A stretch of DNA of 64,000 nt from an uncultured Gemmatimonadales bacterium (GCA_964195945.1 CAXMRC010000201.1:12652-76651), one strand, 5' to 3'; positions 1 to 9,527 are shown, numbered from the stretch's first letter. The notes: generated by a model from the sequence alone, not told the origin. Translations and numbers: made by a program.

Positions 1-238
1 CTTCGCCATCGACCTCGAGACTGGCCGTCCCTGCGGCCAACACGTTCTTGACCCAATCCGAGCCCGAGCCGTACACCAAAATGAAGATGTAGCCGTCGGC
101 GACGGGATGGACCTCGAGAGGTGTTCGATACACCTTCCCCGACGATCTGCCCACGTGTGTCAGCACCGGCCAGCTGCCCCGCTTCAGCGCGACTCTGTTA
201 AATACTCGTTTGTTGATATGGCCCCACCACAGTGGCAT
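1..238 (-). CDS. Deazaflavin (F420H2)-dependent nitroreductase family protein (Ddn/DUF385-like), N-terminal part; gene continues beyond the window edge
   Basis: Minus-strand translation from ATG (complement of 236-238): MPLWWGHINKRVFNRVALKRGSWPVLTHVGRSSGKVYRTPLEVHPVADGYIFILVYGSGSDWVKNVLAAG... This matches the G-R-S-G..R..P-L / DG..Y..V.S.GG..DW..N-L pattern of F420H2-dependent reductases. It is absent from the ORF track because it runs off the window. Confidence 0.55.
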   Translation of the reverse strand, partial: MPLWWGHINKRVFNRVALKRGSWPVLTHVGRSSGKVYRTPLEVHPVADGYIFILVYGSGSDWVKNVLAAGTASLEVDGE

Positions 239-361
239 TGGCATTAGAACTCCAGGGTGTCGAGTGAACGGTGTAAACACAGTCTGGCGTCCGTCAGCGC
301 CTTATACCGTGCTCACGGACGCCAGACTACCTTCCTTCTCTCCGCCGCTACCGTGCACGCC

Positions 362-1135
362 ATGAATACGAACCAAGCAGCTGTCATCGTCGGAATGGGA
401 GAAATGGGTGGGGTCTTCGCCAGGGCCCTACTCAGCTACGGAGTACCCGTTATCCCCGTAATACGCGACACCGCGCTGAACGACATCGCAGCCGACCTCC
501 CCGATCCCGTCCTTACTCTTGTCACCGTTGGCGAGCCAGACCTCGACACTACGATCGAACAACTCCCCGCTTCATGGAAGACAAGCACGGCTCTTGTCCA
601 GAACGAGCTTCTTCCCCGTAACTGGCACCGTCACAAAATCGCCGACCCAACCGTGGCCTCGGTCTGGTTCGAGAAGAAACCGGGACGTGACTTCCACGTC
701 ATCATCCCCACCCCGATCGCCGGGCCGGGTGCGCCGCTCCTAGTTGCCGCACTCGCCACGGTCGGTATCCCCGCCTTCCAGGTGACCACCGCCGACGAGC
801 TCTTGTATGAGCTGGTCCGCAAGAACATGTACATCCTCACCGCCAACATTGGTGGTCTGGTCACCAGGGGCACCGTCCGCGACCTCTGGTACGACAACCG
901 ATCACTGGCCGAAGAAGTCGCATCCGATGTGCTCGAGGTCCAGGCCTGGTTGACCGGAACGCAGCTGAACGCCGACGTGCTCATCGCCGGCATGGTCGAG
1001 GCGTTTGACGGTGATCCCGAGCATGGCTCGACGGGGCGGAGCGCCCCTGCCCGATTGACCCGCGCTCTGTCGCATGCTGACCAGGCAGGGCTTGCGGTTC
1101 CGAAGCTGCGTGAGATTGCATCGTCGCTCGGGTAA
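362..1135 (+). CDS. NAD(P)-binding Rossmann-fold protein, ketopantoate-reductase (ApbA)-like; start uncertain (the ORF opens at 257)
   Basis: Gly-rich dinucleotide-binding motif AAVIVGMGEMGGVFARAL near the N-terminus. The C-terminal half resembles the ApbA_C region. Assignment comes from motif-level recognition only. Confidence 0.4.
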   Translation: MNTNQAAVIVGMGEMGGVFARALLSYGVPVIPVIRDTALNDIAADLPDPVLTLVTVGEPDLDTTIEQLPASWKTSTALVQNELLPRNWHRHKIADPTVASVWFEKKPGRDFHVIIPTPIAGPGAPLLVAALATVGIPAFQVTTADELLYELVRKNMYILTANIGGLVTRGTVRDLWYDNRSLAEEVASDVLEVQAWLTGTQLNADVLIAGMVEAFDGDPEHGSTGRSAPARLTRALSHADQAGLAVPKLREIASSLG

Positions 1136-1199
1136 CGACACCCGCGAAATCGTTTCCCTTCCCGCTACGCTTCACGCCACACACGTAAAGGAGAGGTCA

Positions 1200-1721
1200 A
1201 TGCACGTATTGGTCGCCACCGATGGCCAACTCGATCCAGCGACGGTAGCCAAGTTCGCGGCGCCGATCGCAGGCGACGACGGCACCGTGACCGTACTAAC
1301 CGTGATCGAGGTCCCGCGAGTTATGCTCCAGGACCTCCGCGACCGATTCAGCGACCAACAACCCCCCACGCTGATTCGTACCGATTCCGAGAACGTGACC
1401 GCCACCCCGTCCCTCGAACCACCGCGTTCCTGGCCTGGTGATGATGCAATCATCGACCAGTATCTTGCGGGAAAGCAGGAGGAACGCTGCAACCCGATCA
1501 TCGATGCGCTCGCCGCCACCGGAGTAAAGACGGGCAGCAAACTGGTCGAGGGTCCCGCCGCTCGGGGAATCCTGGAGACGGCAAAGAGCCTCAATGTTGA
1601 CGTGATAGTGGTCGGTTCGCACGGTATCGGTCTGTTCGAAGGGCTGCTCGGATCAACGGGCACCAAGGTCACACGCCTGGCGAAGCGTCCCGTGTTGCTA
1701 CTACGAACCGACACCGCCTAA
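1200..1721 (+). CDS. Universal stress protein (UspA family)
   Basis: MHVLVATDG... and C-terminal VIVVGSHGIGLFEGLLGSTGTKV, typical of the USP fold. A strong Shine-Dalgarno sequence AAAGGAGAG lies 5-13 nt upstream of the ATG at 1200. The 1074 ORF start has no RBS. Confidence 0.8.
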   Translation: MHVLVATDGQLDPATVAKFAAPIAGDDGTVTVLTVIEVPRVMLQDLRDRFSDQQPPTLIRTDSENVTATPSLEPPRSWPGDDAIIDQYLAGKQEERCNPIIDALAATGVKTGSKLVEGPAARGILETAKSLNVDVIVVGSHGIGLFEGLLGSTGTKVTRLAKRPVLLLRTDTA

Positions 1722-2206
1722 CCCAGGTATGGCTCCCAGGCAGGGTCGGGTTCGGCCGCTATTGCGACCAGCACCCACGAATGGCGACGCGGTGCCTGCG
1801 GCTTGTGCCGGAGGACTAAACCGGCCTGCTCAGGAGTTCGGCCACCCTTTTTGGTGTTGCAGCGACGACAGCTCGCCACGACGTTCTCCCAGGTGTGGGT
1901 TCCACCAAGTGTCTTAGGGACAACGTGATCAATGTTCTCGGCGGCCCGGTTGCAGTATTGGCACACGTGCGCGTCCCGTAGAAAGACAGCTCTCCGGTTC
2001 AGAGGGACACGACGGGCGTAGGGAACTTTTACGAACTGGCGGAGCCGTATCACCGACGGCGATACGAGGTCTATGCGTTCGCTACGCCAGACTCGTCCAT
2101 TCGAAGCGACCACATCTGCTCGATTGTGCAACACCAACACAACCGCACGTCTCACCGGTACAACCGAGAGCGGTTCGTACGACGCGTTGAGGACCAGAGC
2201 CTTCAT
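1718..2206 (-). CDS. HNH endonuclease (McrA-like)
   Basis: MKALVLNASYEPL N-terminus and HNH core CQYCN...DHVVP...H.WEN...CRRCN. It overlaps the USP stop by 4 nt (convergent). Confidence 0.8.
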   Translation of the reverse strand: MKALVLNASYEPLSVVPVRRAVVLVLHNRADVVASNGRVWRSERIDLVSPSVIRLRQFVKVPYARRVPLNRRAVFLRDAHVCQYCNRAAENIDHVVPKTLGGTHTWENVVASCRRCNTKKGGRTPEQAGLVLRHKPQAPRRHSWVLVAIAAEPDPAWEPYLG

Positions 2207-2354
2207 GGATGGCAGGCTAACAGCGGCCGACTCGTGACAATGTCGACTCCGCCCTCCAGAACGATCGGAAGCCGTGGGAACCCTGGGGAACAAACGAAAC
2301 GTCTAGGTCGTTGACCACAGTGAGTGACGCTGCGAAACTGTCGGTAGCCGAAGT

Positions 2355-2912
2355 GTGAAAAGAAAGGCAGACGACGTGCGAGTGGTGGGATACATACGGG
2401 AAGCCTCCGCAGATGGAGAGCCCGCGTTCGCCCAATCCGAGAAGATTCGACGGTGGATCAACGAGAACGGGCACCGGCTGGTCGCGCTCTGCCAAGACGT
2501 GAGAACCCCGGGACACTCGGTCGGCCGTGAAGGACTGCAGTCGATTGTTGGGATTGTCTCAGCAGGACAAGTTGATGCCGTCGTCGTACCCTCCCTGACA
2601 ACTTTCTCCTCCGACAAGGTCACCCAGGAAGTGATCATGTCGGCGCTTCGACTCAACGAGGTCAGCCTGCTCTCTACGGATCCCGCCGACATCGAAATGC
2701 TCGCCGATCCTTCTGCGGACAACCTACGGATGATCGTTCGCGACGTTCTCGCCAAGCGAACTCGTTTCGAAGAAATCCTGACCCTGCCTGCCAAGGGTGT
2801 AGCTGAGCCCGAGGTCATTCGGGTCGACGAGACCCCCGACGTCGTGATCGAACTGATTCCACCGACACGCAACGACGCACTGCCGGCCAGTCAGGCTCTC
2901 CCCGGGCAGTAG
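2355..2912 (+). CDS. Serine-recombinase (resolvase) catalytic-domain-like protein lacking a DNA-binding domain; catalytic motifs degenerate
   Basis: GTG start. VVGYIREASADGE...REGLQSIVG...VDAVVVPSL...EVSLLSTD aligns to the resolvase N-terminal fold (GY.RVST...REGL...D.L.V..LDRL.R...GV.L.SL). The DRLGR arginines are replaced by SLTTF. There is no HTH or large recombinase domain. Confidence 0.5.
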   Translation: MKRKADDVRVVGYIREASADGEPAFAQSEKIRRWINENGHRLVALCQDVRTPGHSVGREGLQSIVGIVSAGQVDAVVVPSLTTFSSDKVTQEVIMSALRLNEVSLLSTDPADIEMLADPSADNLRMIVRDVLAKRTRFEEILTLPAKGVAEPEVIRVDETPDVVIELIPPTRNDALPASQALPGQ

Positions 2913-2914
2913 TC

Positions 2915-3571
2915 CTACCGACCGGCTCGGCTCTCTAGATCGAAGCTGAGCGCGACCCAAGTCGCCCTGGCGACCGCATACGCACGACCACCTTGCTGAA
3001 CTGCGGCACCGCTTGCATGCCGACTCTCACCAAGTGCCACCAGCACAGTGATCACCGTGTAGTCACCAAGATCGGCTTCAGCCACGCCGATCAACGCGAC
3101 TTTGGCATCCCCGGCCAGCTCAGCCACCGCGGCAACGACCGCGGCGTCCATGCCGCTAATGCCGAGATCGAGAGTTTGATCCGATGACCTTCCAGCGGTA
3201 GTCCGCACCAGGACAGAAATACCATCCGGAGTCTCCTCGACAGCGACACTCTCTAACCGGGGAGCAGGCATCTCTCCCTGGTCAACCAAAACATCTGACA
3301 CCGCGTGCTCGCCGACCAACGGAAAGCTCACCACGGAGCCGGGGGCCCCCGGGGGTGGCGGCGGACCGCCATAGCCCGGCTCGTCACCCTCGGCCGGAGT
3401 GGGCCGCATACCGTGTTCGGTAAGTATCCGACGGACCGCAACCCCGACGGCATCTGCGTCGGCTCCCGTTGCTAGTTGGACACGCACTCCGGCGACGCCA
3501 CGCCCAGACTCGACCTCGGCGCCTGCGATTCCTGGAACGGCAAGTAACTCATCCTGAAGTGCTGCTCCCAC
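2915..3571 (-). CDS. Hypothetical protein (internally repeated Ala/Val/Gly-rich domain architecture, Pro-rich linker)
   Basis: The ORF opens at 3610. A GTG at 3571 overlaps the stop of the upstream small gene by 1 nt (TAGTG), which suggests translational coupling. No recognisable catalytic motif. Confidence 0.4.
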   Translation of the reverse strand: MGAALQDELLAVPGIAGAEVESGRGVAGVRVQLATGADADAVGVAVRRILTEHGMRPTPAEGDEPGYGGPPPPPGAPGSVVSFPLVGEHAVSDVLVDQGEMPAPRLESVAVEETPDGISVLVRTTAGRSSDQTLDLGISGMDAAVVAAVAELAGDAKVALIGVAEADLGDYTVITVLVALGESRHASGAAVQQGGRAYAVARATWVALSFDLESRAGR

Positions 3572-3825
3572 TACACCCTCCCAAAGATTCGGTGCTGTTG
3601 TTTGCGCCATTCGAGATACACGATCAATTCATTCGACGTCAACACGGTCGTGGAATCTCCATGTGCAGTAGCCAGACGCCAGTCGGAATACGCCTGATCC
3701 GGACGCGGTAGGAAGGGCACGGTTCGCCACCAGTTTCGCGGGGAAACGGCAAACAGGGTGCGCACCGCCTCGGTCCACAAATCTGGGCGTCGTCCCACCG
3801 CCGCCACAACATTCCACGACATCAT
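3571..3825 (-). CDS. Small conserved hypothetical protein (85 aa, Trp-rich)
   Basis: MMSWNVVAAVGRRPDLWTEAVRTLFAVSPRNWWRTVPFLPRPDQAYSDWRLATAHGD... It is coupled to the downstream 2915..3571 gene and divergent from moxR. Confidence 0.3.
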   Translation of the reverse strand: MMSWNVVAAVGRRPDLWTEAVRTLFAVSPRNWWRTVPFLPRPDQAYSDWRLATAHGDSTTVLTSNELIVYLEWRKQQHRIFGRV

Positions 3826-3944
3826 GGAACGATCGTAACTGTGTGGGCGTTGACATCGTGGGATTGCCAAATCGTGGCGACGTGGGCAGAGAGGTGCAAG
3901 CACTGATAGTCTCACCGAAGTTGCTGCCGGAGGAAGGGGCACAT

Positions 3945-4916
3945 GTGACGATTACCGCTGATGACCTTCAGTGGTTCGGAAAGAATTTTGGCGCGATCGT
4001 TGACAACATCGAGACCGTCATTCAAGGCAAGCGCCGCACGATCGAATTGGCAACGATTTGCTTGCTATCTGAAGGCCACACGCTTATAGAGGACGTTCCG
4101 GGCACCGGGAAGACACTGCTCGCCCGCTCGTTGGCAAAGTCGATCGATTGCAGTTTCCAGAGGATCCAGTTCACCCCCGACTTATTGCCGTCGGATGTGA
4201 CGGGAGTGTCAGTTTGGGACCGCGAGTCATCGCATTTCGTGTTCCGACCAGGGCCGGTGTTTGCCAACGTCCTACTCGGCGATGAAATCAATAGGGCCAG
4301 CCCAAAAACGCAGTCGGCCCTCTTGGAAGCCATGGAAGAGCGCCAGGTCACCGTTGACGCTGTCACCAGACCGCTCGCCGCACCTTTCATGGTGGTCGCC
4401 ACACAAAATCCGATCGAACACGAGGGCACCTATCCCCTGCCAGAAGCCCAACTGGATCGCTTCATGATGCGACTTGGCATGGGGTACCCCGAGCGGGAGA
4501 AGGAATTGGAGATGCTCAAGACACACGGGCATCACTCGACGCTCGATGATCTCGAACCGGTTTTAGACGCTGCCGACGTGAACCGCATGTCTGACATTGC
4601 CGCAGGGGTGTATGTTGCCGATGCGATCCGCTCGTATCTCGTTGATCTGTCCGATGCGACGCGAAACGAGCCAGACTTGCTTCTCGGGGCATCTCCACGC
4701 GCGACGCTATATATGCAACGAGCCTCCCGCACTAACGCGGCAACAGAGGGACGGGATTTCGTGACACCAGACGATGTCAAAGAGATGCTCCACCCCGTGC
4801 TCAACCACCGTCTGATACTCCAGCCGGAAGCTCAGATGCGCGGCTCAGGAGTCCGTGCCGTCATCGACGCAATAAGCGACCGGGTCGGAGTGCCCGGAGC
4901 TCGCACCGGCGTCTGA
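3945..4916 (+). CDS. moxR: MoxR-family AAA+ ATPase
   Basis: Walker A GTGKT, Walker B VLLGDEINRASPKTQSALLEAMEE, sensor motifs and MoxR C-terminal domain. GTG start preceded by GGAGGAAGGGG. The stop overlaps the next start (TGATG). Confidence 0.9.
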   Translation: MTITADDLQWFGKNFGAIVDNIETVIQGKRRTIELATICLLSEGHTLIEDVPGTGKTLLARSLAKSIDCSFQRIQFTPDLLPSDVTGVSVWDRESSHFVFRPGPVFANVLLGDEINRASPKTQSALLEAMEERQVTVDAVTRPLAAPFMVVATQNPIEHEGTYPLPEAQLDRFMMRLGMGYPEREKELEMLKTHGHHSTLDDLEPVLDAADVNRMSDIAAGVYVADAIRSYLVDLSDATRNEPDLLLGASPRATLYMQRASRTNAATEGRDFVTPDDVKEMLHPVLNHRLILQPEAQMRGSGVRAVIDAISDRVGVPGARTGV

Positions 4917-6100
4917 TGCCGACTTTGCGCGGCTGGGCGGCACTTGGCGCATCCTTTGCGCTTGCAGTGCTGTGGATCGGCTTCGGCGAGAGATTGCTTC
5001 TCGCACTGGCCGTCTTTCTAGTCGCGTCTGTGGCCTTCGGTGTCCTGTACGTTCGAAGCAGCGCACCACGCGCCAGGCTGACCCGCCGCATCTCGCCCAT
5101 TCAGGTACACGACGGCGAACGGGCGATCGTCCAACTCTCCCTTGTTTCGAGCCGAAGGCTCCACGCGGCGATAGTCGAAGACATCGTCCACAGCCTGGGA
5201 ACTGCCTCCTTTGTTGCCGAACGCGTGGATGAGAGCGAGCCAATGGCTGCTCGCTACGAGGTTCTCTGCAAGCCACGCGGGGTCTACAAGGTTGGCCCGG
5301 CCACCCTCAGGGTGCGCGACGCCATGGCCCTGGCCGAGTCGGTTAGCACGGGGAAACGTGCCGACCGGTTGGTCGTGTATCCGACCGTAGAACAACTCGC
5401 AGGCCTCCCTGTGGTGCGGGGCCAAGACCCCAACGTCAACTCGGCGCGCGCCAACTTCTCGCACAGCGGCGGCGACGACTTCTTCACCCTGCGGGAGTAC
5501 CAGCGCGGTGATGACATGCGCCGGGTCCACTGGCCATCCTCGGCTCGCCGCGATGAGTTGATGATCAAGCAACTCGAGATGCCATGGCAGTCACGAGCCC
5601 TGGTGTTGCTCGATGTTCGGGCAGAGTCCTATACAACACCGGATTCTTTCGAGCACGCCGTCCGCGGTGCGGCTTCGGCGATGCGGCACCTTTATCGACA
5701 TGGTTTCAACCCAACATTATGGAGCGGGAAATCTCGTGGCACGCCAGTATCGACCGCCCAGGCCTACGACCTCGCCATGGAGGAGCTGGCAACTGTCCAA
5801 ACCAATCCCGAGCTCGATTTCAGTGCCCTGATGAGGCGTCTTCGCAGAGAAGGGCTCGCCGGAGGTGCACTGGTCATGGTCACGGGTGTCTTGGACAGCG
5901 GCGGCGTCTCCGTCTTCAAGACACTAAGTCGGGATTACTACAAAACGATCGTAATGACTGTCTCTGAGCGCGAGAACGAAGCTCTAAGCCAAATAAAACG
6001 AGCCGGCGCCGTCGCCGTCGCGTCGGGACCCGCTTCAACGTGGGCGCCAGCTTGGCGCGAAGCAATGGAGAAAACATGGTCTACCGCCTCAGCTGGCTAG
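4916..6100 (+). CDS. DUF58 domain protein (MoxR partner)
   Basis: N-terminal TM helices. Conserved DUF58 motif DDFFTLREYQRGDDMRRVHWPSSAR. Canonical position after moxR. Confidence 0.8.
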   Translation: MPTLRGWAALGASFALAVLWIGFGERLLLALAVFLVASVAFGVLYVRSSAPRARLTRRISPIQVHDGERAIVQLSLVSSRRLHAAIVEDIVHSLGTASFVAERVDESEPMAARYEVLCKPRGVYKVGPATLRVRDAMALAESVSTGKRADRLVVYPTVEQLAGLPVVRGQDPNVNSARANFSHSGGDDFFTLREYQRGDDMRRVHWPSSARRDELMIKQLEMPWQSRALVLLDVRAESYTTPDSFEHAVRGAASAMRHLYRHGFNPTLWSGKSRGTPVSTAQAYDLAMEELATVQTNPELDFSALMRRLRREGLAGGALVMVTGVLDSGGVSVFKTLSRDYYKTIVMTVSERENEALSQIKRAGAVAVASGPASTWAPAWREAMEKTWSTASAG

Positions 6101-8520
6101 CCGGAGCGGCCTCATTGATCTACGCCCTCAGCGGCATCAACGGTCTGCTGCGCCCCACCAGCAACGGCACCAAGTGGCAGTTCATCATCATCGCCGCTCT
6201 GATCCTCGGCGCCACCATCACGTGGACCGCCCTGAGCTACCGAGCGCATCCTACGGTCGTAGTCGGGCTCAATCTGGTTGCAGTTGGCATTGCGGTCGCC
6301 CGTATCGCCGCACCCGAGACGACAAACACACTCCTGCCAACCGGTGAGACGCTCGCAGCCCTCACCGAGCAACTCGACAGAGCAATGGCTCTCATCCGAA
6401 CCGGCCTTGAGCCCGTCCAGCCAATCGCCGGAATCGTCATCGTCCTCGCAGTCGTCTTCTGGGCTGCCGGGGTTCTCTTGACGTGGGGCCTAATGCGGGG
6501 CCATCCCTACATCGCTTTGGTCCCGCCGCTCGTGCTGTCCCTGCAGTTCGCAACCATGGACCGCACCAGAACCGGGTGGCTTAGCATCGGGTTGTTCTTG
6601 TTAATCGTCGCGGCTTCGGTCGTTGCAGTCACCATCGATGAACGTGACCAATCAGCGGGCAGGATGTCGGGTGCAAACAATCGCCGACCACCGAGCACTC
6701 GACTCGCACCATCGGCCGCCGGCTTCCTCGGGATGACGCTATTTCTCAGTGTCACGGCAACTGGGTTTATGTCTGGTCTTGTTCCCCACGATGGTGTGCT
6801 GCCCTGGAGAAGCGCCACCGGACTCACCTCCGACTTCTACGGCGGCATTTCCTACAACCCGTTCATCGGGATCCAGCAGGCTCTCGTCTCGCAATCGGAT
6901 GCGCCCGTCTTCCTCGCCGAGATCACCGGCGATGTACCGGCCAGCCAGGTCTACTTCCGATTGGTCACGATGGAGACATACGACGGGGGCCAGTTCTTTG
7001 CGGACAAACCCACCGTAGTTGACCTCGAAACCCGACCGTGGGAAGACGGTGGCAATCGGTTCGCCGGGCCGACAGCACGGATAACCACCACTGTTCAAAT
7101 CGAACGTCTTCGCATGGATTGGCTCCCGGAAACTTACGTTCCTGACGCTTTCAGCACCGAAGCAGACATTCTGCGGGATGTGCGAATTCGGCAAGCAGAC
7201 GGGGCTCTTCGCCTCGAGGGGAACCAGTCATATGAGGGTTTGATCTATACCGTCGAGTCGGTGGTCCCTGAACCCGATATCGCGGTCCTCGCCACTGATA
7301 ACGATGGCGAACTATCCCCAGCATTCGAGTACGCATCCACCGAGCAGGAGGTGCCAGAACCGGTGGTCGTGCCTGCCCGCCCCGAACCGGCGAACGTCGA
7401 GAAGTACCTCGATGTGCCAGAAGACCTCAACGAAGGAATCGCGGCCGAAGCAAGGCGCCAGACAAGAAATCTGACCACCAACTACGAAATAGGCCTCGCT
7501 CTCGAATCCTGGTTCCATTCTGATGCTTTCTTCTACTCAACCAACATAGACCCCGGTCATGGTGCTACCGATCTCGCCGCATGGCTGATCGACCCCGAGT
7601 CACCCAATTATCGGGTCGGATACTGCGAGAACTTCGCAACTGCGATGGCGGTTATGGCCAGAACTCTGGATGTGCCGTCACGGGTCGTGCTCGGATTCAC
7701 TCCTGGTGAGCCAACCGGGCAAGAGAACGTTGTAGTGGTGCGTGACCGCAACGCACATGCCTGGGTAGAGCTGTGGATACCGACGCAGGGTTGGGTTCGT
7801 TTCGATCCGACTCCGCGCGGCGACGGCATCAACCCATCGACATACGGCTTGGCTGAGACCGAGCTTGGGTTCTCGCTAACCACCTATCTAGACGTACCCG
7901 ACCCTGAACCGCTCAACCGCCCGAACGCACCCTTGGCTCCACCCCAGTTCGGTGAAGACCCGCTCCCGATCTTCGCCGGTGGCGGAGCTGTCCAATCGAG
8001 CGGCGGTCTCTCGATACCGGGTTGGGTCACCGCGGTTGCCCCATACCTATTGCTCGCTCTATTGCTCTTCGGCGGGATACCCGCCGTCAAGTGGTGGAGG
8101 AGACGACGACGCATGAAACGCCTGGAGGATGGCGACATCAGCGCCGCATGGGAAGACATCGTCGCCCGTCTTGCGGATCTTGGCGAGACCCCGTCCGCGG
8201 CCGCAACCCCACGGCAGCTTGCCCTGTCGGTCGACAGCGCGATGGTTCCGTTGGCATCGGTGTACGGTCGTTCCATCTACGGACCGAGCGATGCAATCGA
8301 GCCGCAGCACGTCGAGGCGGCGGCCAAGTCACTGGAGCAAACTCGGTCTCGCCTCATTACCCGGCACAGCGCAGCCCAACGACTCGTTGCCTTGTACCGA
8401 CCGACCAACATCATCCCGATGCGAGCGAAAAGGGCAGTGAGACGTCTCCGGTTTAGCGAGCGCAATGGATCCAGCAATGGATCCAACGGTACAAACGGAT
8501 TGCAAAGGAACGGTCGCTAG
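6076..8520 (+). CDS. Transglutaminase-domain membrane protein (TgpA-like; DUF3488 N-terminal TM region + transglutaminase core)
   Basis: Multiple N-terminal TM helices. Cys-His-Asp core GYCENFATAMAVMAR...NAHAWVELW...FDPT. C-terminal TM. The start overlaps the DUF58 gene; the alternative start at 6040 is less likely. Confidence 0.8.
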   Translation: MVYRLSWLAGAASLIYALSGINGLLRPTSNGTKWQFIIIAALILGATITWTALSYRAHPTVVVGLNLVAVGIAVARIAAPETTNTLLPTGETLAALTEQLDRAMALIRTGLEPVQPIAGIVIVLAVVFWAAGVLLTWGLMRGHPYIALVPPLVLSLQFATMDRTRTGWLSIGLFLLIVAASVVAVTIDERDQSAGRMSGANNRRPPSTRLAPSAAGFLGMTLFLSVTATGFMSGLVPHDGVLPWRSATGLTSDFYGGISYNPFIGIQQALVSQSDAPVFLAEITGDVPASQVYFRLVTMETYDGGQFFADKPTVVDLETRPWEDGGNRFAGPTARITTTVQIERLRMDWLPETYVPDAFSTEADILRDVRIRQADGALRLEGNQSYEGLIYTVESVVPEPDIAVLATDNDGELSPAFEYASTEQEVPEPVVVPARPEPANVEKYLDVPEDLNEGIAAEARRQTRNLTTNYEIGLALESWFHSDAFFYSTNIDPGHGATDLAAWLIDPESPNYRVGYCENFATAMAVMARTLDVPSRVVLGFTPGEPTGQENVVVVRDRNAHAWVELWIPTQGWVRFDPTPRGDGINPSTYGLAETELGFSLTTYLDVPDPEPLNRPNAPLAPPQFGEDPLPIFAGGGAVQSSGGLSIPGWVTAVAPYLLLALLLFGGIPAVKWWRRRRRMKRLEDGDISAAWEDIVARLADLGETPSAAATPRQLALSVDSAMVPLASVYGRSIYGPSDAIEPQHVEAAAKSLEQTRSRLITRHSAAQRLVALYRPTNIIPMRAKRAVRRLRFSERNGSSNGSNGTNGLQRNGR

Positions 8521-8542
8521 TAGCCCGGCTCGTAGCGGATTC

Positions 8543-9040
8543 CTAGCCTTGGGCTGCGGCGCTCTCGGACTTAACGTCGTCTTCGACACGTCGCAGCATG
8601 TCCAAGAACCGGTCCCGGTCCAACTCGAACTTGGAGACATCCTCTTCGACGCTCTTGGTGATCTCGTTGATCGCAACAAAGAAGGCCAACTGGCCGTCGC
8701 GCAGCGCATCCAATAGCTCGTCCTCGTTCTGGGCAACTCGGAAAATGGTCTTCCCATCTGTGACGAGCTTGACCGAAGCCAGATGGTCATCCATCGCCGC
8801 GCTTCGCCGCAGATAGTCCCAGGCACGACGGACTCGCTGCACCGACATTCCGTTGTCGAGAAGACTTTTGACGACGCGCAAAGCGACCAGGTCCCGGAAT
8901 GAGTACAGACGACGCCGTCCCGGTCGTCCGCCGCTGCTCTGAATACTCGGGGCTACTAAATCAACTTTGTCCCAATAACGAAGTTGGTGGGCAGTACACC
9001 CAGTCAGTGCAGATGCCTGCTGGGCCGTAAAAGATTCCAC
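8543..9040 (-). CDS. MerR-family transcriptional regulator
   Basis: N-terminal HTH FTAQQASALTGCTAHQLRYWDKVDLVAP...RRLYSFRDLVALRVVKSL. GTG start with GGAGGAG 4 nt upstream. Confidence 0.75.
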   Translation of the reverse strand: MESFTAQQASALTGCTAHQLRYWDKVDLVAPSIQSSGGRPGRRRLYSFRDLVALRVVKSLLDNGMSVQRVRRAWDYLRRSAAMDDHLASVKLVTDGKTIFRVAQNEDELLDALRDGQLAFFVAINEITKSVEEDVSKFELDRDRFLDMLRRVEDDVKSESAAAQG

Positions 9041-9147
9041 CTATCTCCTCCACACACGTTCTGGTCCGTTGGCTCCCCATGGACCCCTGATTCGAGTGCC
9101 GCATCACAGCTTCGGCGACCCACGCCCCCACATGAGGGGTGGCCACT

Positions 9148-9483
9148 TTAGCTGTTCCGCGACCACTTCTGTCGAGCCCTGTCCAGCCATGTCTCGAAGG
9201 TGTCAGACCCTCCGCCGGCGGCTTGGCGCAGGCTTGTTGCAAGCCACCCGGCAGAAGCCAGCATGAGCAAGAAACCAGCGGCGGCAATCCAGACATTCGC
9301 AGTGAATGATGCGAGCATGACCACAAGCCCAATCACGAAACCCGCGATAGCAAGCCTTCGCCTGGGCCGGAAGATCGACCGCAACGACGCCTCGGCCACA
9401 GAGCGAGCAAGCTCTGGGTCTTCTTCATAGAACTGGCGCTCAATCTCTTCGAGAATGCGCTGTTCATCTTCGTTGAGCGGCAT
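9148..9483 (-). CDS. DUF3040 domain membrane protein
   Basis: MPLNEDEQRILEEIERQFYEEDPE followed by two TM helices. This is a hallmark actinobacterial family. Confidence 0.7.
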   Translation of the reverse strand: MPLNEDEQRILEEIERQFYEEDPELARSVAEASLRSIFRPRRRLAIAGFVIGLVVMLASFTANVWIAAAGFLLMLASAGWLATSLRQAAGGGSDTFETWLDRARQKWSRNS

Positions 9484-9527
9484 CGTGTTATCTCCGGTTC
9501 TGAAACCGAGTATACAAGCCGGTCGTG

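Noticed and set aside
1718-3825. Possible mobile or defence island (HNH plus recombinase-like)
   Set aside because: There are no flanking inverted or direct repeats, no integrase or transposase, and no toxin-antitoxin-like small pairs with recognisable domains. It is kept as a finding, but not called a mobile element.
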